A DNA stretch of 64,000 nt from Mobula hypostoma. Lineage: Eukaryota. Within the stretch, counting starts at the first letter, position 1; every line of letters begins with the position of its first letter. Under the pieces are notes generated by a model, which was not told where the DNA came from, searched no databases, and saw only the letters and a list, made by a program, of their open reading frames with translations. The stretch spans positions 100,690,001 to 100,754,000 of the forward strand of contig NC_086107.1 in NCBI RefSeq assembly GCF_963921235.1. The letters are read 5' to 3'. Shown piece after piece: positions 47,857-59,393 of the stretch. The position numbers were made by a program, and so were the translations under genes.

Positions 47857-49493
47857 GAGACATGTACTATGTTTGAGGTTTTATCAATATAAGTTATTTT
47901 TTTAACCAAGTTGTACGATTGGACATTTAATTTCTCTGTAAAGGTTAGTTACAGGCAAATTTGAAGGAGCATCTTTGCCAATGAAAGGAGTTTGGAGAAA
48001 AGTAATCTTAAAATCATTCCTTAGTTGCAATAATTCTGAGAGCTGCCTTGCGCTTTAGTAAATTTAAGTGGTGATTTGAACCTTGCTTAGTTTTTATTTG
48101 AAAGTTCAAAGGTTCATTTATTATCAAAGCAAACAACTCTGAAATCCTTCTTCTCCAGATAGCCTCGAAACCAAGAAATAAAAGAACGACAGCACGATAA
48201 TCAATCTCCTCTCCCCCCTTACAGAAACAGCAAAACATCAACCCCCAAATCCCCCTCCCATGCACACAAAAACAAAAAGGAATGGGCGAAAATACAGAAT
48301 ATTAGGAACTATAAGACTGAAAGAAAGTCCATAGTCCGTATTCCAAATCCATGTCCATATCTAAAATGCTGAAACAGCAGCAGGCCACAAAGGCTCATCT
48401 TTCCAACAGCAGAGCAATACTACCAGTGATCAGAGGGCAGGCAGCTGGTGCTCACCTTCTGCATTCGCCTCGATGTTTCCATCTCCTTCGTTGCTTTAAT
48501 CAGCCAACAATGGAAGCTTTAATTGGCGAAATGGAGTTAAACCTCAGCTCATGCCCCTTCCTGCAGCCCCCCCACCACAAAACTTGCACTTGCTGCCTCC
48601 TGAAATTCTCTCGGAGACAGCAAAGTGCTGGATCACCCATGCGATCTCCAAACTGCATATCACAGGTTCCAACAGTTAAGTCCGCGAAAGCAATCTTGCT
48701 TTGCTGCTGCTATTGCAGAGAAATTGAAACATCTTCTAAGTTCACTGTTGATGATTTTGTTAAATTATACCTGTAAACCCCCAAGAATTATCTTTGTTAT
48801 TTCATTTTGTTGTGACTTCATTATCGTGAAAAGGAGTGTTTAGCTTTTAGCTGATGGTGTGTTTCTGAGCAGAGCATGCCTAAGAGGATCCTTCAGACAT
48901 GGAATTACTAACATTTTTGTGATAAGGGACAGGTTGGTGTGGCTGCTATTCAATTTGATAACAGTCAGACTTTGCCATGTATATCAGCTGGTTGAGTTCT
49001 ATTTTGGCTTAATTGGTGATTAAAATTACATTTATGTAGGCTTTGCGTGATTGTACCTTCAACAGGGAGGCTCCTGCTTGTGGTTCTCAGCGGAAGGCTA
49101 AGTTTCAGTTGATTTGGAGGCAGCTGATGGTGCCTGTTCCTGACTGCAAAGTCCTGTCCATGTCGACTGAGAAATATTGCCCCAGAATCATTCACCTTGG
49201 AACCAGTGCTGGTTTTGATAGAATTTTATACAGAAGGAAATCTGTGTCCTTTGCTGAATTTTACTTTTGCAAAGGGCATCCTGATTTTGGTTAGCTATGG
49301 ATGTCCCTGCAACTGTTATTCGGCAATTCCTTTAGATCAGTGATGAAGTGGATGCCAGTTTTCTAGGTTGTGGAATGACTGACAGACCAATGTGGGAATC
49401 TCGGACTGCCTCAGAATTTGGGCAGAGAGCAATAATAGACTTATAACATGGCTTGGGTGAAAGAGGAATAGTAAATCGTAAGTAGTAAAACTC

Positions 49494-49722
49494 AAACACA
49501 AGGAATTCTGCAGATGCTGGAAATTCAAGCAACACACATCAAAGTTGCTGGTGAACGCAGCAGGCCAGGCAGCATCTCTAGGAAGAGATACGTGTTTCCT
49601 CTTACTAGCTCTTCCTTCAGTTAGTCCTGATGAAGGGTCTCGGCCCAAAATGTCGACTGTACCTCTTCCTAGAGATGCTGCCAGGCCTGCTGCATTCACC
49701 AGCAACTTCGATGTGTGTTGCT
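49494..49722. mobile_element. Hammerhead-bearing fold-back repeat
   Basis: Near-perfect inverted arms; core agtcCTGATGAagggtctcggcccaAAAtGTCgact at 49623-49658; flanked by taaaactca repeats. Confidence 0.85.
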
Positions 49723-49784
49723 AATAAAACTCATCTTCCTTTTGTGTATGAGATAGGATGGAAAGGAGGAAAGTATTTTTCATG

Positions 49785-50024
49785 CAACACACATCAAAGT
49801 TGCTGGTGAACACAGCAGGCCAGGCAGCATCTATAGGAAGAGGCGCAGTCGATGTTTCAGGCCGAGACCCTTCGTCAGGACTAACTGAAGGATGAAGGGT
49901 CTCGGCCCAAAATGTCGACTGTACCTCTTCCTATAGATGCTGCCTGGCCTGCTGTGTTCACCAGCAACTTTGATGTGTGTTGCTTGAATTTCCAGCATCT
50001 GCAGAATTCCTGTTGTTTGCGTTT
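49785..50024. mobile_element. Hammerhead-bearing fold-back repeat with 14-bp TSD
   Basis: Near-perfect inverted arms; minus-strand core at 49847-49882; aagtatttttcatg duplicated at 49771-49784 and 50025-50038. Confidence 0.88.
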
Positions 50025-50199
50025 AAGTATTTTTCATGTCTTTGATTATTATTAAATTCCATATTGAAATTATTCAGTATAATATTTCTTGTGTATGTAT
50101 GGACATTGTGCCTCACAATTTCAGAGCAATTGGGATGCACAATAAACCAGTGACGTCCAAATGAATAATATGTGTGTATTTAGTTTTAACATTTCACTC

Positions 50200-50942
50200 A
50201 TGATTGTGTGGCTAGGCATAGCTCAAACACCTTCAATAACTTTGCAATAACACAAACATTGTTGGTAAAATCTGAGGGTGATGAGATGTACAGGTCTATC
50301 CTGGGACCAACTTATTGAAGGATTTCCAAAGAAGACACAACAGCAGCTGGAGTCTGAGGAGATTTGATTTTTCGCAAAAGGCCCTAACAGGTTTCTGTAG
50401 ATGTACAGCAGAAAGCATTCTGATTGTTTGCATCACTACCAATATGGAGGCTGCAATGCACAGGATTCAAAAAAAACTTAGAGGGGTGTAGCCAGTTCCA
50501 TCATGGGCACTAGTCTCCCCACCATCGAGGATGTCTTCAGAAGATGGTGCCTCATGAAGGCGTCAGCTATCATTAAGGACCCTCACCATCCAGGACATGC
50601 CCTCTTCTCATTACTGTCATCAGGGATGAGATAGAGCAGGGGTTCCCAATCTTTTTTTATACTATGACATACCGTTAACCAAGGGGTCCGTGGACCCAGG
50701 TTGAGAACCCCAGAGATAGAGAAACTTGAAGACATCAACTCAATGCTTTAAGGATAGCTTTATTACCTCCACTAACAGATTTCTGAATGGTCCATCAACC
50801 TATGAACGCTACCTTGTTACTTTTTCCTTTTTTTGCACTTTTAAAAATATATTTCTTACTGGTATTTTTAAAATGTATATCTCTATACTGCAGCTGAAAA
50901 ACAAGTTTCATGACGTGTCCTGATAATAAACCTGATTCTGAT
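50200..50942 (+). mobile_element. Decayed Rex1/L2-type LINE 3' end
   Basis: Homologous to 39000-39835; tail taataaacctgattctgat. Confidence 0.75.
50637..50713. mobile_element. 77-bp hAT-type MITE
   Basis: Imperfect TIRs caggggttcccaa / ttgagaaccccag and an 8-bp duplication agatagag (50629-50636 / 50714-50721). Confidence 0.8.
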
Positions 50943-51097
50943 CCTTCACGATTCATGGAATCAAATTTGGATTATTTTGAGTTCAGTGGTTAATCTTTAA
51001 AACAAGTTTTCTGAATCATCAATGTACTCTCAAAGAACTTCTGCTAATCGAGTACTCTGCATTCTCCTTCTAAATCGATCTTTGCTTTGTTCCTCAG

Positions 51098-51176
51098 ACC
51101 AAAGGATGCGATCAGGGCTTTGAAGAAGAGGCTTTCGGGAAACAAAAACTTTCGGGAAGTGATGTTGTGCCTGACG
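51098..51176 (+). CDS. TOM1: TOM1 coding exon 3 ([26 protein letters not shown], 79 nt)
   Basis: tttgctttgttcctcAG acceptor and GTTGGT donor at 51177; phase-compatible with exon 2; VHS helix motif PKDA.RA.KKR..GNKNF.EVML.LT. The gene continues beyond the window. Confidence 0.93.
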
Positions 51177-53715
51177 GTTGGTCCTGTGATTTGTCTTTAA
51201 CTTAAATTCAATTTGTGTTAAGAGCATTTTAATGTGAAATTAATTTTCAGGCATATCATATGACTAGATGATATTAATAATTTCTAGAACTTCACAAACA
51301 AGATAAAGTATGTTTTTAAACCTTATTTAAAAAGCCTTTGATGCTAAAAATAATTTGCGCAATGAATTGCATTAATTTTTGTCTAAGTTCATATCTTTAA
51401 ATTTATTAAATGAGGTTTAACTCAATATCTTGTCAGCAGCATTTATTAACAGAAGGAAAAGCCTTCTGTCAGCAAGGGGTCTCAGAATATCATCAGTGCG
51501 CTCTTCGGTCAGGGCCTTAGTTTCTAACTCCTGTGCTGCTTGCCTGTTGCTCTGCCTCATGGGACAGCCACAACAGTAAGGCTAGCAGGATGTTGGGCGC
51601 CTCAGTCACAAAAGGCAAATGCTCCCATTGACATCCTGAGAGCCGCAGGCCTGTCCCAGTGCAATTCTGCACAAAGTTGTTAATATAGGAGAGCTTACTG
51701 AGTAGAGCACAGTCCAGTATTTAAATTCACACCCACGGCAACAAAGATTAATACAGGTTGAGTAGCCCTTCTCCAAAATTCCAAAAGTAGTCAGGACTTG
51801 AAGTGAGAATGGTAGAATTGAAAAGAGCCTTTTAGACATGGCGTGACATGAGCTCAACCCCATGTCATGCTCCTCCTGTGCAATGTGGGAACTCAGGGAG
51901 GCTGCCAGGATGTGTAGAAACTATGTACTGCTACAGCTTCTTGTAGACAGTACGATGGACCAAGAGCAGTGAGAAAAAGAGCAATTGGGAAAGCCTTAAA
52001 AAATCAGCAACCTCGGTATTTACTAACAACCAAAGATCTTTTTTTCATTTATTCCGTGGTACTAGGCAGGGTTGCCCTCTTAGTCCATTACTATTTGATA
52101 TTGCCTTGGAACCGCTAGCTATTGCCATTCGTGACTCTCCTAATATATTTGGTATTACCCGTGGAAATGAGACTCATAAATTATCACTATATGCAGATGA
52201 TCTACTATTATATATTTCTAACCCAGGAAAATCTATTCCGGCAGTATTAACTTTGCTTGCTCAGTTTAGTAGTTTTTCTGGTTATAAACTGAACCTAAGT
52301 AAGGATGAACTCTTTCCATTGAATATGCAGGTTCCTATTTATACAAATTCTCCATTTAGACTAATTACTGATTATTTTACTTATTTGGGAGTTAAAATTA
52401 CTAAGAGACATAAGGATCTCTTCAATTTCAACCTTTTACCATTAATTAATCAGGTTAAACAACTGATTACTAAATGGTCCCCTTTGTCGCTATCATTGAT
52501 AGGCTGTATTAATGCTTTTAAAATGATTATTTTACCCAAATTTTATATTTATTTCAAGCGATACCGATTTTTTATTCCTAAATCTTTTTTTGATACTATT
52601 GACTCTAACATTTCTTCTTATATATGGCAAAATAGAAATCCCAGATTAAGTAAAAAATACTTACAGAAATCTAAGAAAGAGGATGGTTTGGCATTGCCTG
52701 TCCTAAGATTTTACTGCTGGGCAATTAATATCTGATACATAATATTTTGGACACAAGATTGGAATATAACTCCAAGCGCACATTGGGTAAACCTTGAAGG
52801 CCATTCTGTACAAGGGTTTTCTTTAGCCTCCATTTTAGGAACCTCACTGCCTTTTGCACTATCTAAAGTGAATAAACAAATTTTTATCCCTATAGTTAAA
52901 CATACATTGTGAATATGGTTTCAATTTCGTAAATTTTTTGGCTTGAATGAATTTATGTTATCAAGTCCTATTATATCTAATTTCTTTTTCCAACCCTCGG
53001 TAATGGACCAAGCCTTTTTGATATGGAAAACGAAAGGCATAATATGTTTTCGTGATCTATTTTTGGATAACTGCTTTATGTCTTTTGAGCAGTTAACTGA
53101 GAAATTTGATTTGCCTAGATCCCATTTTTTTTAGATACTTACAAATAAGAAATTTTTAAAATACTTTGTTGCCTACCTTTCTGACTTCAAATCCTTCTGG
53201 CATTTTTGATAAAATTTTAGGTTTTAATCCTTTGCAGAAGGGATTAATAGCAATAATTTATGATATAATTATGAAATTACAGCCAGATATATCTGATAAA
53301 ATTAAAAATGAATGAGAAAGGGAACTTCAACTTTCCCTGCCTACAGAGAAATGGGATAAAATTTTTCAATTAGTTAGTACTTCTTCTGTATGTGCTAAAC
53401 ATACTTTAATACAATTTAAAGTAGTACACAGAGCTCATATGTTCAAAGATAAACTAGCTCGTTTTTATTCCCATATAAACCCTACTTGTGATAGATGTCA
53501 CTCTGAAGTGGCTTCTTTAACTCATATGTTTTGGTCCTGTCCTCTTTTGGAAAAATATTGGAAAGACATTTTTGATATTATTTCAACAGTTCTATGCTTT
53601 GATTTAAAACCCCATCCTATTACAGCAATCTTTGGATTGCCAATGGTAGAACATAGATCTTTATCTTCTTCAGCCTCTGGAATGATAGCTTTTGTTACTT
53701 TAATGGTGAGAAGAT

Positions 53716-56700
53716 GGGAATCAAATTAAAGCGGCTAGGTGTGAGGAGGTTAGTTCACAACAGAGGGATGGGAACCAGTGGAGAGAGACAGAGGGGTGTA
53801 AAGTGAGCGTAGAAGCAAAAAGTACAAAGGGGAAAAGTAAAAGTGGCAGGCCGACAAATCCAGGGCAAGCATTAAAAAGGGCTAAGAGAGTTGTAAAAGA
53901 GCGCCTGAAGGCTTTATGTGTCAATGCAAGGAGCATTCGTAATAAGGTGGATGAATTGAAAGTGCAGATTGTTATTAATGATTATGATATAGTTGGGATC
54001 ACAGAGACATGGCTCCAGGGTGACCAGGGATGGGAGCTCAACGTTCAGGGATATTCAATATTCAGGAGGGATAGACATGAAGGAAGGGGAGGTGGGGTGG
54101 CGTTGCTGGTTAAAAAAGAGATTAACGCAATAGAAAGGAAGGACATAAGCCGGGAAGATGTGGAATCGATATGGGTAGAGCTGCGTAACACTAAGGGGCA
54201 GAAGACGCTGGTGGGAGTTGTGTACAGGCCACCTAACAGTAGTAGTGAGGTCGGAGATGGTATTAAACAGGAAATTAGAAATGTGTGCAATAAAGGAACA
54301 GCAGTTATAATGGGTGACTTCAATCTACATGTAGACTGGGTGAACCAAATTGGTAAAGGTGCTGAGGAAGAGGATTTCTTGGAATGTATGCGGGATGGTT
54401 TTTTGAACCAACATGTCGAGGAACCGACTAGAGAGCAGGCTATTCTGGACTGGGTTTTGAGCAATGAGGAAGGGTTAATTAGCGATCTTGTCGTGAGAGG
54501 CCCCTTGGGTAAGAGTGACCATAATATGGTGGAATTCTTCATTAACATGGAGAGTGACGTAGTTAATTCAGAAACAAAGGTTCTGAACTTAAAGAGGGGT
54601 AACTTTGAAGGTATGAGACGTGAATTAGCTAAGATAGACTGGCAAATGACACTTCAAGGATTGACGGTGGATATGCAATGGCAGGCATTTAAAGGTTGCA
54701 TGGATGAACTACAACAATTGTTCATCCCAGTTTGGCAAAAGAATAAATCAAGGAAGGTAGTGCACCCGTGGCTGACAAGAGAAATTAGGGATAGTATCAA
54801 TTCCAAAGAAGTAGCATACAAATTAGCCAGAGAAAGTGGCTCACCTGAGGACTGGGAGAAATTCAGAGTTCAGCAGAGGAGGACAAAGGGCTTAATTAGG
54901 AAGGGGAAAAAAGATTATGAGAGAAAACTGGCAGAGAACATAAAAACGGACTGTAAAAGCTTTTATAGATATGTAAAAAGGAAAAGACTGATAAAGACAA
55001 ATGTAGGTCCCCTGCAAACAGAAACAGGTGAATTGATTATGGGGAGCAAGGACATGGCAGACCAATTGAATAATTACTTTGGTTCTGTCTTCACTAAGGA
55101 GGACATAAATAATCTTCCAGAAATAGTAAGGGACAGAGGGTCCAGTGAGATGGAGGAACTGAGCGAAATACATGTTAGTAGGGAAGTGGTGTTAGGTAAA
55201 TTGAAGGGATTGAAGGCAGATAAATCCCCAGGGCCAGATGGTCTGCATCCCAGAGTGCTTAAGGAAGTGGCCCAAGAAATAGTGGATGCATTAGTGATAA
55301 TTTTTCAAAACTCGTTAGATTCTGGACTAGTTCCTGAGGATTGGAGGGTGGCTAATGTAACCCCACTTTTTAAAAAAGGAGGGAGAGAGAAACCGGGGAA
55401 TTATAGGCCGGTTAGCCTAACGTCGGTGGTGGGGAAACTGCTGGAGTCAGTTATCAAGGATGTGATAACAGCACATTTGGAAAGCGGTGAAATGATCGGA
55501 CAAAGTCAGCATGGATTTGTGAAAGGAAAATCATGTCTGACGAATCTCATAGAATTTTTTGAGGATGTAACTAGTAGAGTGGATAGGGGAGAACCAGTGG
55601 ATGTGGTATATTTGGATTTTCAAAAGGCTTTTGACAAGGTCCCACACAGGAGATTAGTGTGCAAACTTAAAGCACACGGTATTGGGGGTAAGGTATTGGT
55701 GTGGGTGGAGAATTGGTTAGCAGACAGGAAGCAAAGAGTGGGAATAAACGGGACCTTTTCAGAATGGCAGGCGGTGACTAGTGGGGTACCGCAAGGCTCA
55801 GTGCTGGGACCCCAGTTGTTTACAATATATATTAATGACTTGGATGAGGGAATTAAATGCAGCATCTCCAAGTTTGCGGATGACACAAAGCTGGGTGGCA
55901 GTGTTAGCAGTGAGGAGGATGCTAAGAGGATGCAGGGTGACTTGGATAGGTTGGGTGAGTGGGCAAACTCATGGCAGATGCAATTTAATGTGGATAAATG
56001 TGAAGTTATCCACTTTGGTGGCAAAAATAGGAAAACAGATTATTATCTGAATGGTGGCCGATTAGGAAAAGGGGAGGTGCAACGAGACCTGGGTGTCATT
56101 ATACACCAGTCATTGAATGTGGGCATGCAGGTACAGCAGGCGGTGAAAAAGGCGAACGGTATGCTGGCATTTATAGCGAGAGGATTCGAGTACAGGAGCA
56201 GGGAGGTACTACTGCAGTTGTACAAGGCCTTGGTGAGACCACACCTGGAGTATTGTGTGCAGTTTTGGTCCCCTAATCTGAGGAAAGACATCTTTGCCAT
56301 AGAGGGAGTACAAAGAAGGTTCACCAGATTGATTCCTGGGATGGCAGGTCTTTCATATGAAGAAAGACTGGATGAACTGGGCTTGTACTCGTTGGAATTT
56401 AGAAGATTGAGGGGGGATCTGATTGAAACGTATAAGATCCTAAAGGGATTGGACAGGCTAGATGCGGGAAGATTGTTCCCGATGTTGGGGAGGTCTAGAA
56501 CGAGGGGTCACAGTTTGAGGATAGAGGGGAAACCTTTTAGGACCGAGGTTAGGAAAAACTTCTTCACACAGAGAGTGGTGAATCTGTGGAATTCTCTGCC
56601 ACAGCAAACTGTTGAGGCCAGTTCATTAGCTATGTTTAAAAGGAAGTTAGATATGGCCCTTGTGGCTACAGGGGTCAGGGGGTATGGAGGGAAGGCTGGG

Positions 56701-56802
56701 TTCTGAGTTGGATGATCAGCCATGATCATAATAAATGGCGGTGCAGGCTCGAAGGGTCGAATGGCCTACTCCTGCACCTATTTTCTATGTTTCTATGTTT
56801 CT
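53716..56802 (+). mobile_element. Young CR1 LINE, 5'-truncated just upstream of ORF2
   Basis: Flanked by aagat (53711-53715 / 56803-56807); (ttctatgt)n tail. Confidence 0.95.
53803..56706 (+). CDS. CR1 ORF2: APE endonuclease + reverse transcriptase (967 codons, uninterrupted)
   Basis: EN motifs CVNARS, GITETW, GDFN, SDH; RT motifs PGPDG, NYRPVSL, YLDFQKAFD, GVPQGSVLGP, FADD. The true start codon is uncertain (the track opens at GTG). Confidence 0.93.
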   Translation: MSVEAKSTKGKSKSGRPTNPGQALKRAKRVVKERLKALCVNARSIRNKVDELKVQIVINDYDIVGITETWLQGDQGWELNVQGYSIFRRDRHEGRGGGVALLVKKEINAIERKDISREDVESIWVELRNTKGQKTLVGVVYRPPNSSSEVGDGIKQEIRNVCNKGTAVIMGDFNLHVDWVNQIGKGAEEEDFLECMRDGFLNQHVEEPTREQAILDWVLSNEEGLISDLVVRGPLGKSDHNMVEFFINMESDVVNSETKVLNLKRGNFEGMRRELAKIDWQMTLQGLTVDMQWQAFKGCMDELQQLFIPVWQKNKSRKVVHPWLTREIRDSINSKEVAYKLARESGSPEDWEKFRVQQRRTKGLIRKGKKDYERKLAENIKTDCKSFYRYVKRKRLIKTNVGPLQTETGELIMGSKDMADQLNNYFGSVFTKEDINNLPEIVRDRGSSEMEELSEIHVSREVVLGKLKGLKADKSPGPDGLHPRVLKEVAQEIVDALVIIFQNSLDSGLVPEDWRVANVTPLFKKGGREKPGNYRPVSLTSVVGKLLESVIKDVITAHLESGEMIGQSQHGFVKGKSCLTNLIEFFEDVTSRVDRGEPVDVVYLDFQKAFDKVPHRRLVCKLKAHGIGGKVLVWVENWLADRKQRVGINGTFSEWQAVTSGVPQGSVLGPQLFTIYINDLDEGIKCSISKFADDTKLGGSVSSEEDAKRMQGDLDRLGEWANSWQMQFNVDKCEVIHFGGKNRKTDYYLNGGRLGKGEVQRDLGVIIHQSLNVGMQVQQAVKKANGMLAFIARGFEYRSREVLLQLYKALVRPHLEYCVQFWSPNLRKDIFAIEGVQRRFTRLIPGMAGLSYEERLDELGLYSLEFRRLRGDLIETYKILKGLDRLDAGRLFPMLGRSRTRGHSLRIEGKPFRTEVRKNFFTQRVVNLWNSLPQQTVEASSLAMFKRKLDMALVATGVRGYGGKAGF

Positions 56803-58909
56803 AAGATCTATTTTGTTGAACTGGAAGGAAATTAATTCTCCAACTACATTCCACTGGTTTTCTCAAACCATATTAAGTTTAAATTTAGAAAAAATTATGT
56901 GATTTTTTTAACCCTTCGGTTAAATTTGAAGATACCTGGAAACCTTTTATGCAACATTTTCATATGATGTAATCTGACCTTTCCGAATTTTTTTTTTAAA
57001 TTATATGATGAGAGGAGCGGAGTTAGCGACATTATGGATCTTGTCTGATACAAGTTGTTAGTCTAGCCCTGTTTTGCCTTTTTTTGGGGGTTTTTTTTTT
57101 GTTTATCTATTTTTTTTCTTTTTATTTCTTTGTTAATGTTTAGTTTGGAAGTCTTTTATTTCTATGTCACTTAAAATTCATTTTATATATGCTGATGAAC
57201 ATTTTTCCAATCTTTGTACCAACTTTGTTATTGAGTTTATAATTTTGAAAAATTAATAAAAAGATTTAAAAAGAAAGAAAAAAATCAACAAAGAACCTCT
57301 AACCAAGCAATAAGAAAAGGGAAGATGAATTATGAAAGTAAACAGATACAAAATGTAAAAACAGATAGTAAAAGTTTTTAATAAGTATCTAAAGAGGAAA
57401 AGGGTGGCTAATGTGAACACAGATCCCTTGGAAGATGAAAAGGGGAATTAATATTGGATAATGTGGAAATGCCCGAGGCCTTGGAAAAACTATTTGTCTT
57501 TGTGGTAGAGGACTTGCCTAACATGCCAAAGAGAGATGTTAATGTGATGAGAGGTGAGGACCTCGATACAATAGCTGCCAAGGTAGTCATGAGCAAATTA
57601 GTGGGCATTAGTTATAGTAGATATATTTGTGATAATTTACCAAAATTCTCTGGACTCTGGGCAAGTCCCAGCAGATTCAAAAGTAAAGAATATCACGCTA
57701 CTGTTTTTTAAAAAAGGATGTAGGCAAAAGGCGGTTAACTATAGGCCAGTTAGCTTGATGTCTGTAGTCAAAAAATGCTTGAAACTATTATTGGGGAAGA
57801 AATAATGAGACATCTGGATAGGAGGGTTTCCATTAGGCTGACACAGCGTGGATTCTTGAAGGGCAGGTCCTGTTTGATAAAATTACTGAAGTTCTTAGAG
57901 GATATAATAAGTACAGTGGTTAGAGAGAACAAGTGGATGTTGTGTGCTTCGATTTTCAGAAAACGTTTGATAAGGTGTCGCATAAAAGACTTAGCCATAA
58001 GATAAGGATGCATAGAGTTGGAAGTAGAGGATTGGTTAACTAATAGAAGGCAGAAAGTTGGGATAAATGGGTGTTTCTCTGGTTGGCAATCTGATGGAAT
58101 GGAGTTCTGCAGGATTAGTGCCAGGCCTGCAGCTGTTCATGGTATGCATTAACGATTTGGAAGTGGGGACTGAGTGTAGCGGACCTAAATTTGCTGATGA
58201 CACTGAATTAAGAACAGCAAATTGTGCAGAGTATGCAGCGATTCTATGGAGAGATATGGATAGGTTATGTTAGTGGGCAAGGGTGTGGCAGATGGAGTAT
58301 AACAATGGTAAATGTGAGGTCATCCACTTTGTAAAGATGAGTAGAACATTGGATTATTATTTAAATGGTGAAAGATTGTAGCATGCTGCTGTGTAGAGGG
58401 ACTTGGGCGTGCTTCTGCATGAATTGCAGATGTTTTGGTTGCAACCGCAACAGATTATCATGAAGGTAAATGTAATGTTGGACTTCATTGTTAGAGGTAA
58501 GAGCAGAGAGTTTATGCTGCAATTGTACAGGGTACTGGTGAGGTCCCACCTGGAATACTGTGTGCAGTTCTGGCATTACTTGAAGAAAGACATGCTAGCT
58601 TTGGAGACGATGCAGAGGAGGTTCATGAGGTTGATTCGGGAGATGAGAGGTTAACCTCTGAGGAGATATTGAATCTCCTGGGACTGTACTCACTCAAAAT
58701 CAGAAGAATGAGAGGTGATTTTATAGAGACCTATAAAATTTGGAGAGGGATAGATGAGATAGAGGCAGGAAAGTTGTTTTCATTGATAAGTGATACGAGA
58801 ACAATTTCTAACCTGTTGCCTTTGAACAGAAGTGTAATTGGATAGGGGCATGTGTTGTATGCAGAAACAAAAAAAAAATCAGGATTGATGTTGCCAGGTC
58901 CATTTCTTA

Positions 58910-59040
58910 CAAACATGAGAAAATCTGCAGAGGCTGGAAATCCAGAGCAACACACACAAAATGCTGAAGGAACTCAGCAGGTCAGGCAGCATCTATAGAA
59001 ATAAACAGTCGATGTTTTGGGCTGAGGCCCTTCAGGACTA
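58910..59040 (-). mobile_element. Half copy of the hammerhead-bearing repeat
   Basis: aaacatgagaaaatctgcagaggctggaaatccagagcaacacacacaaaatgctgaaggaactcagc...agtcgatgttttgggctgaggcccttcaggact. Confidence 0.75.
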
Positions 59041-59393
59041 ATGGAGATTTTGCCCTACAAAACCATTATTTTTCCCAATTAACATAACTAATTTCTCAGT
59101 GTCTGGCCTGTCAATTCTCCTTGAGTTCATTTATAAGGAAGAAAGCCATATCTGATTATTTCATTGACAGATGAAAGGAAGCATAGTAGGCAAGGAAGGT
59201 TGAATTTTAAATAAGAATAAACATATAAACTTTTATTCAGATACAGGTTGTGTGATTCATAGGAAAGGCTACTGTTTATCACTTACTTTTGATTTCCCCT
59301 GTGAATATGATAGAAAATGTATGGCTGCAATCTGATCATTGAAGATGATCCAGTAGGGGATTCCCTATTATAGGGTAGGGAGTTTCAGTTTTT

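Larger units (their letters stand above)
52011..57278 (+). mobile_element. 5'-truncated L1-type LINE (RT to 3' UTR), split by the young CR1
   Basis: RGTRQGCPLSPLLF, LYADDLLL, CDRCHSEVASLTHMFWSC; AATAAA plus A-rich tail; duplication aaaaaatca(g/a)caa at both ends. Confidence 0.9.
51835..58800 (+). mobile_element. Old CR1 LINE (outer host of the nested L1 and young CR1)
   Basis: ORF1 zinc-finger-like remnant at ~51865 (CSSCAMWE). ORF2 is continuous across the L1 insertion (gggaaagccttaaaaaatc|aacaaagaacc..); decayed RT at 57280-58800. Confidence 0.8.

Noticed and set aside
49494..50024. miRNA gene or CRISPR-like array
   Set aside because: The hairpins are members of a dispersed repeat family with TSDs; there is no repeat-spacer periodicity and the DNA is eukaryotic.
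54045..56729. Antisense ORFs overlapping CR1 ORF2
   Set aside because: They are shadow frames of the RT coding sequence with no independent evidence.
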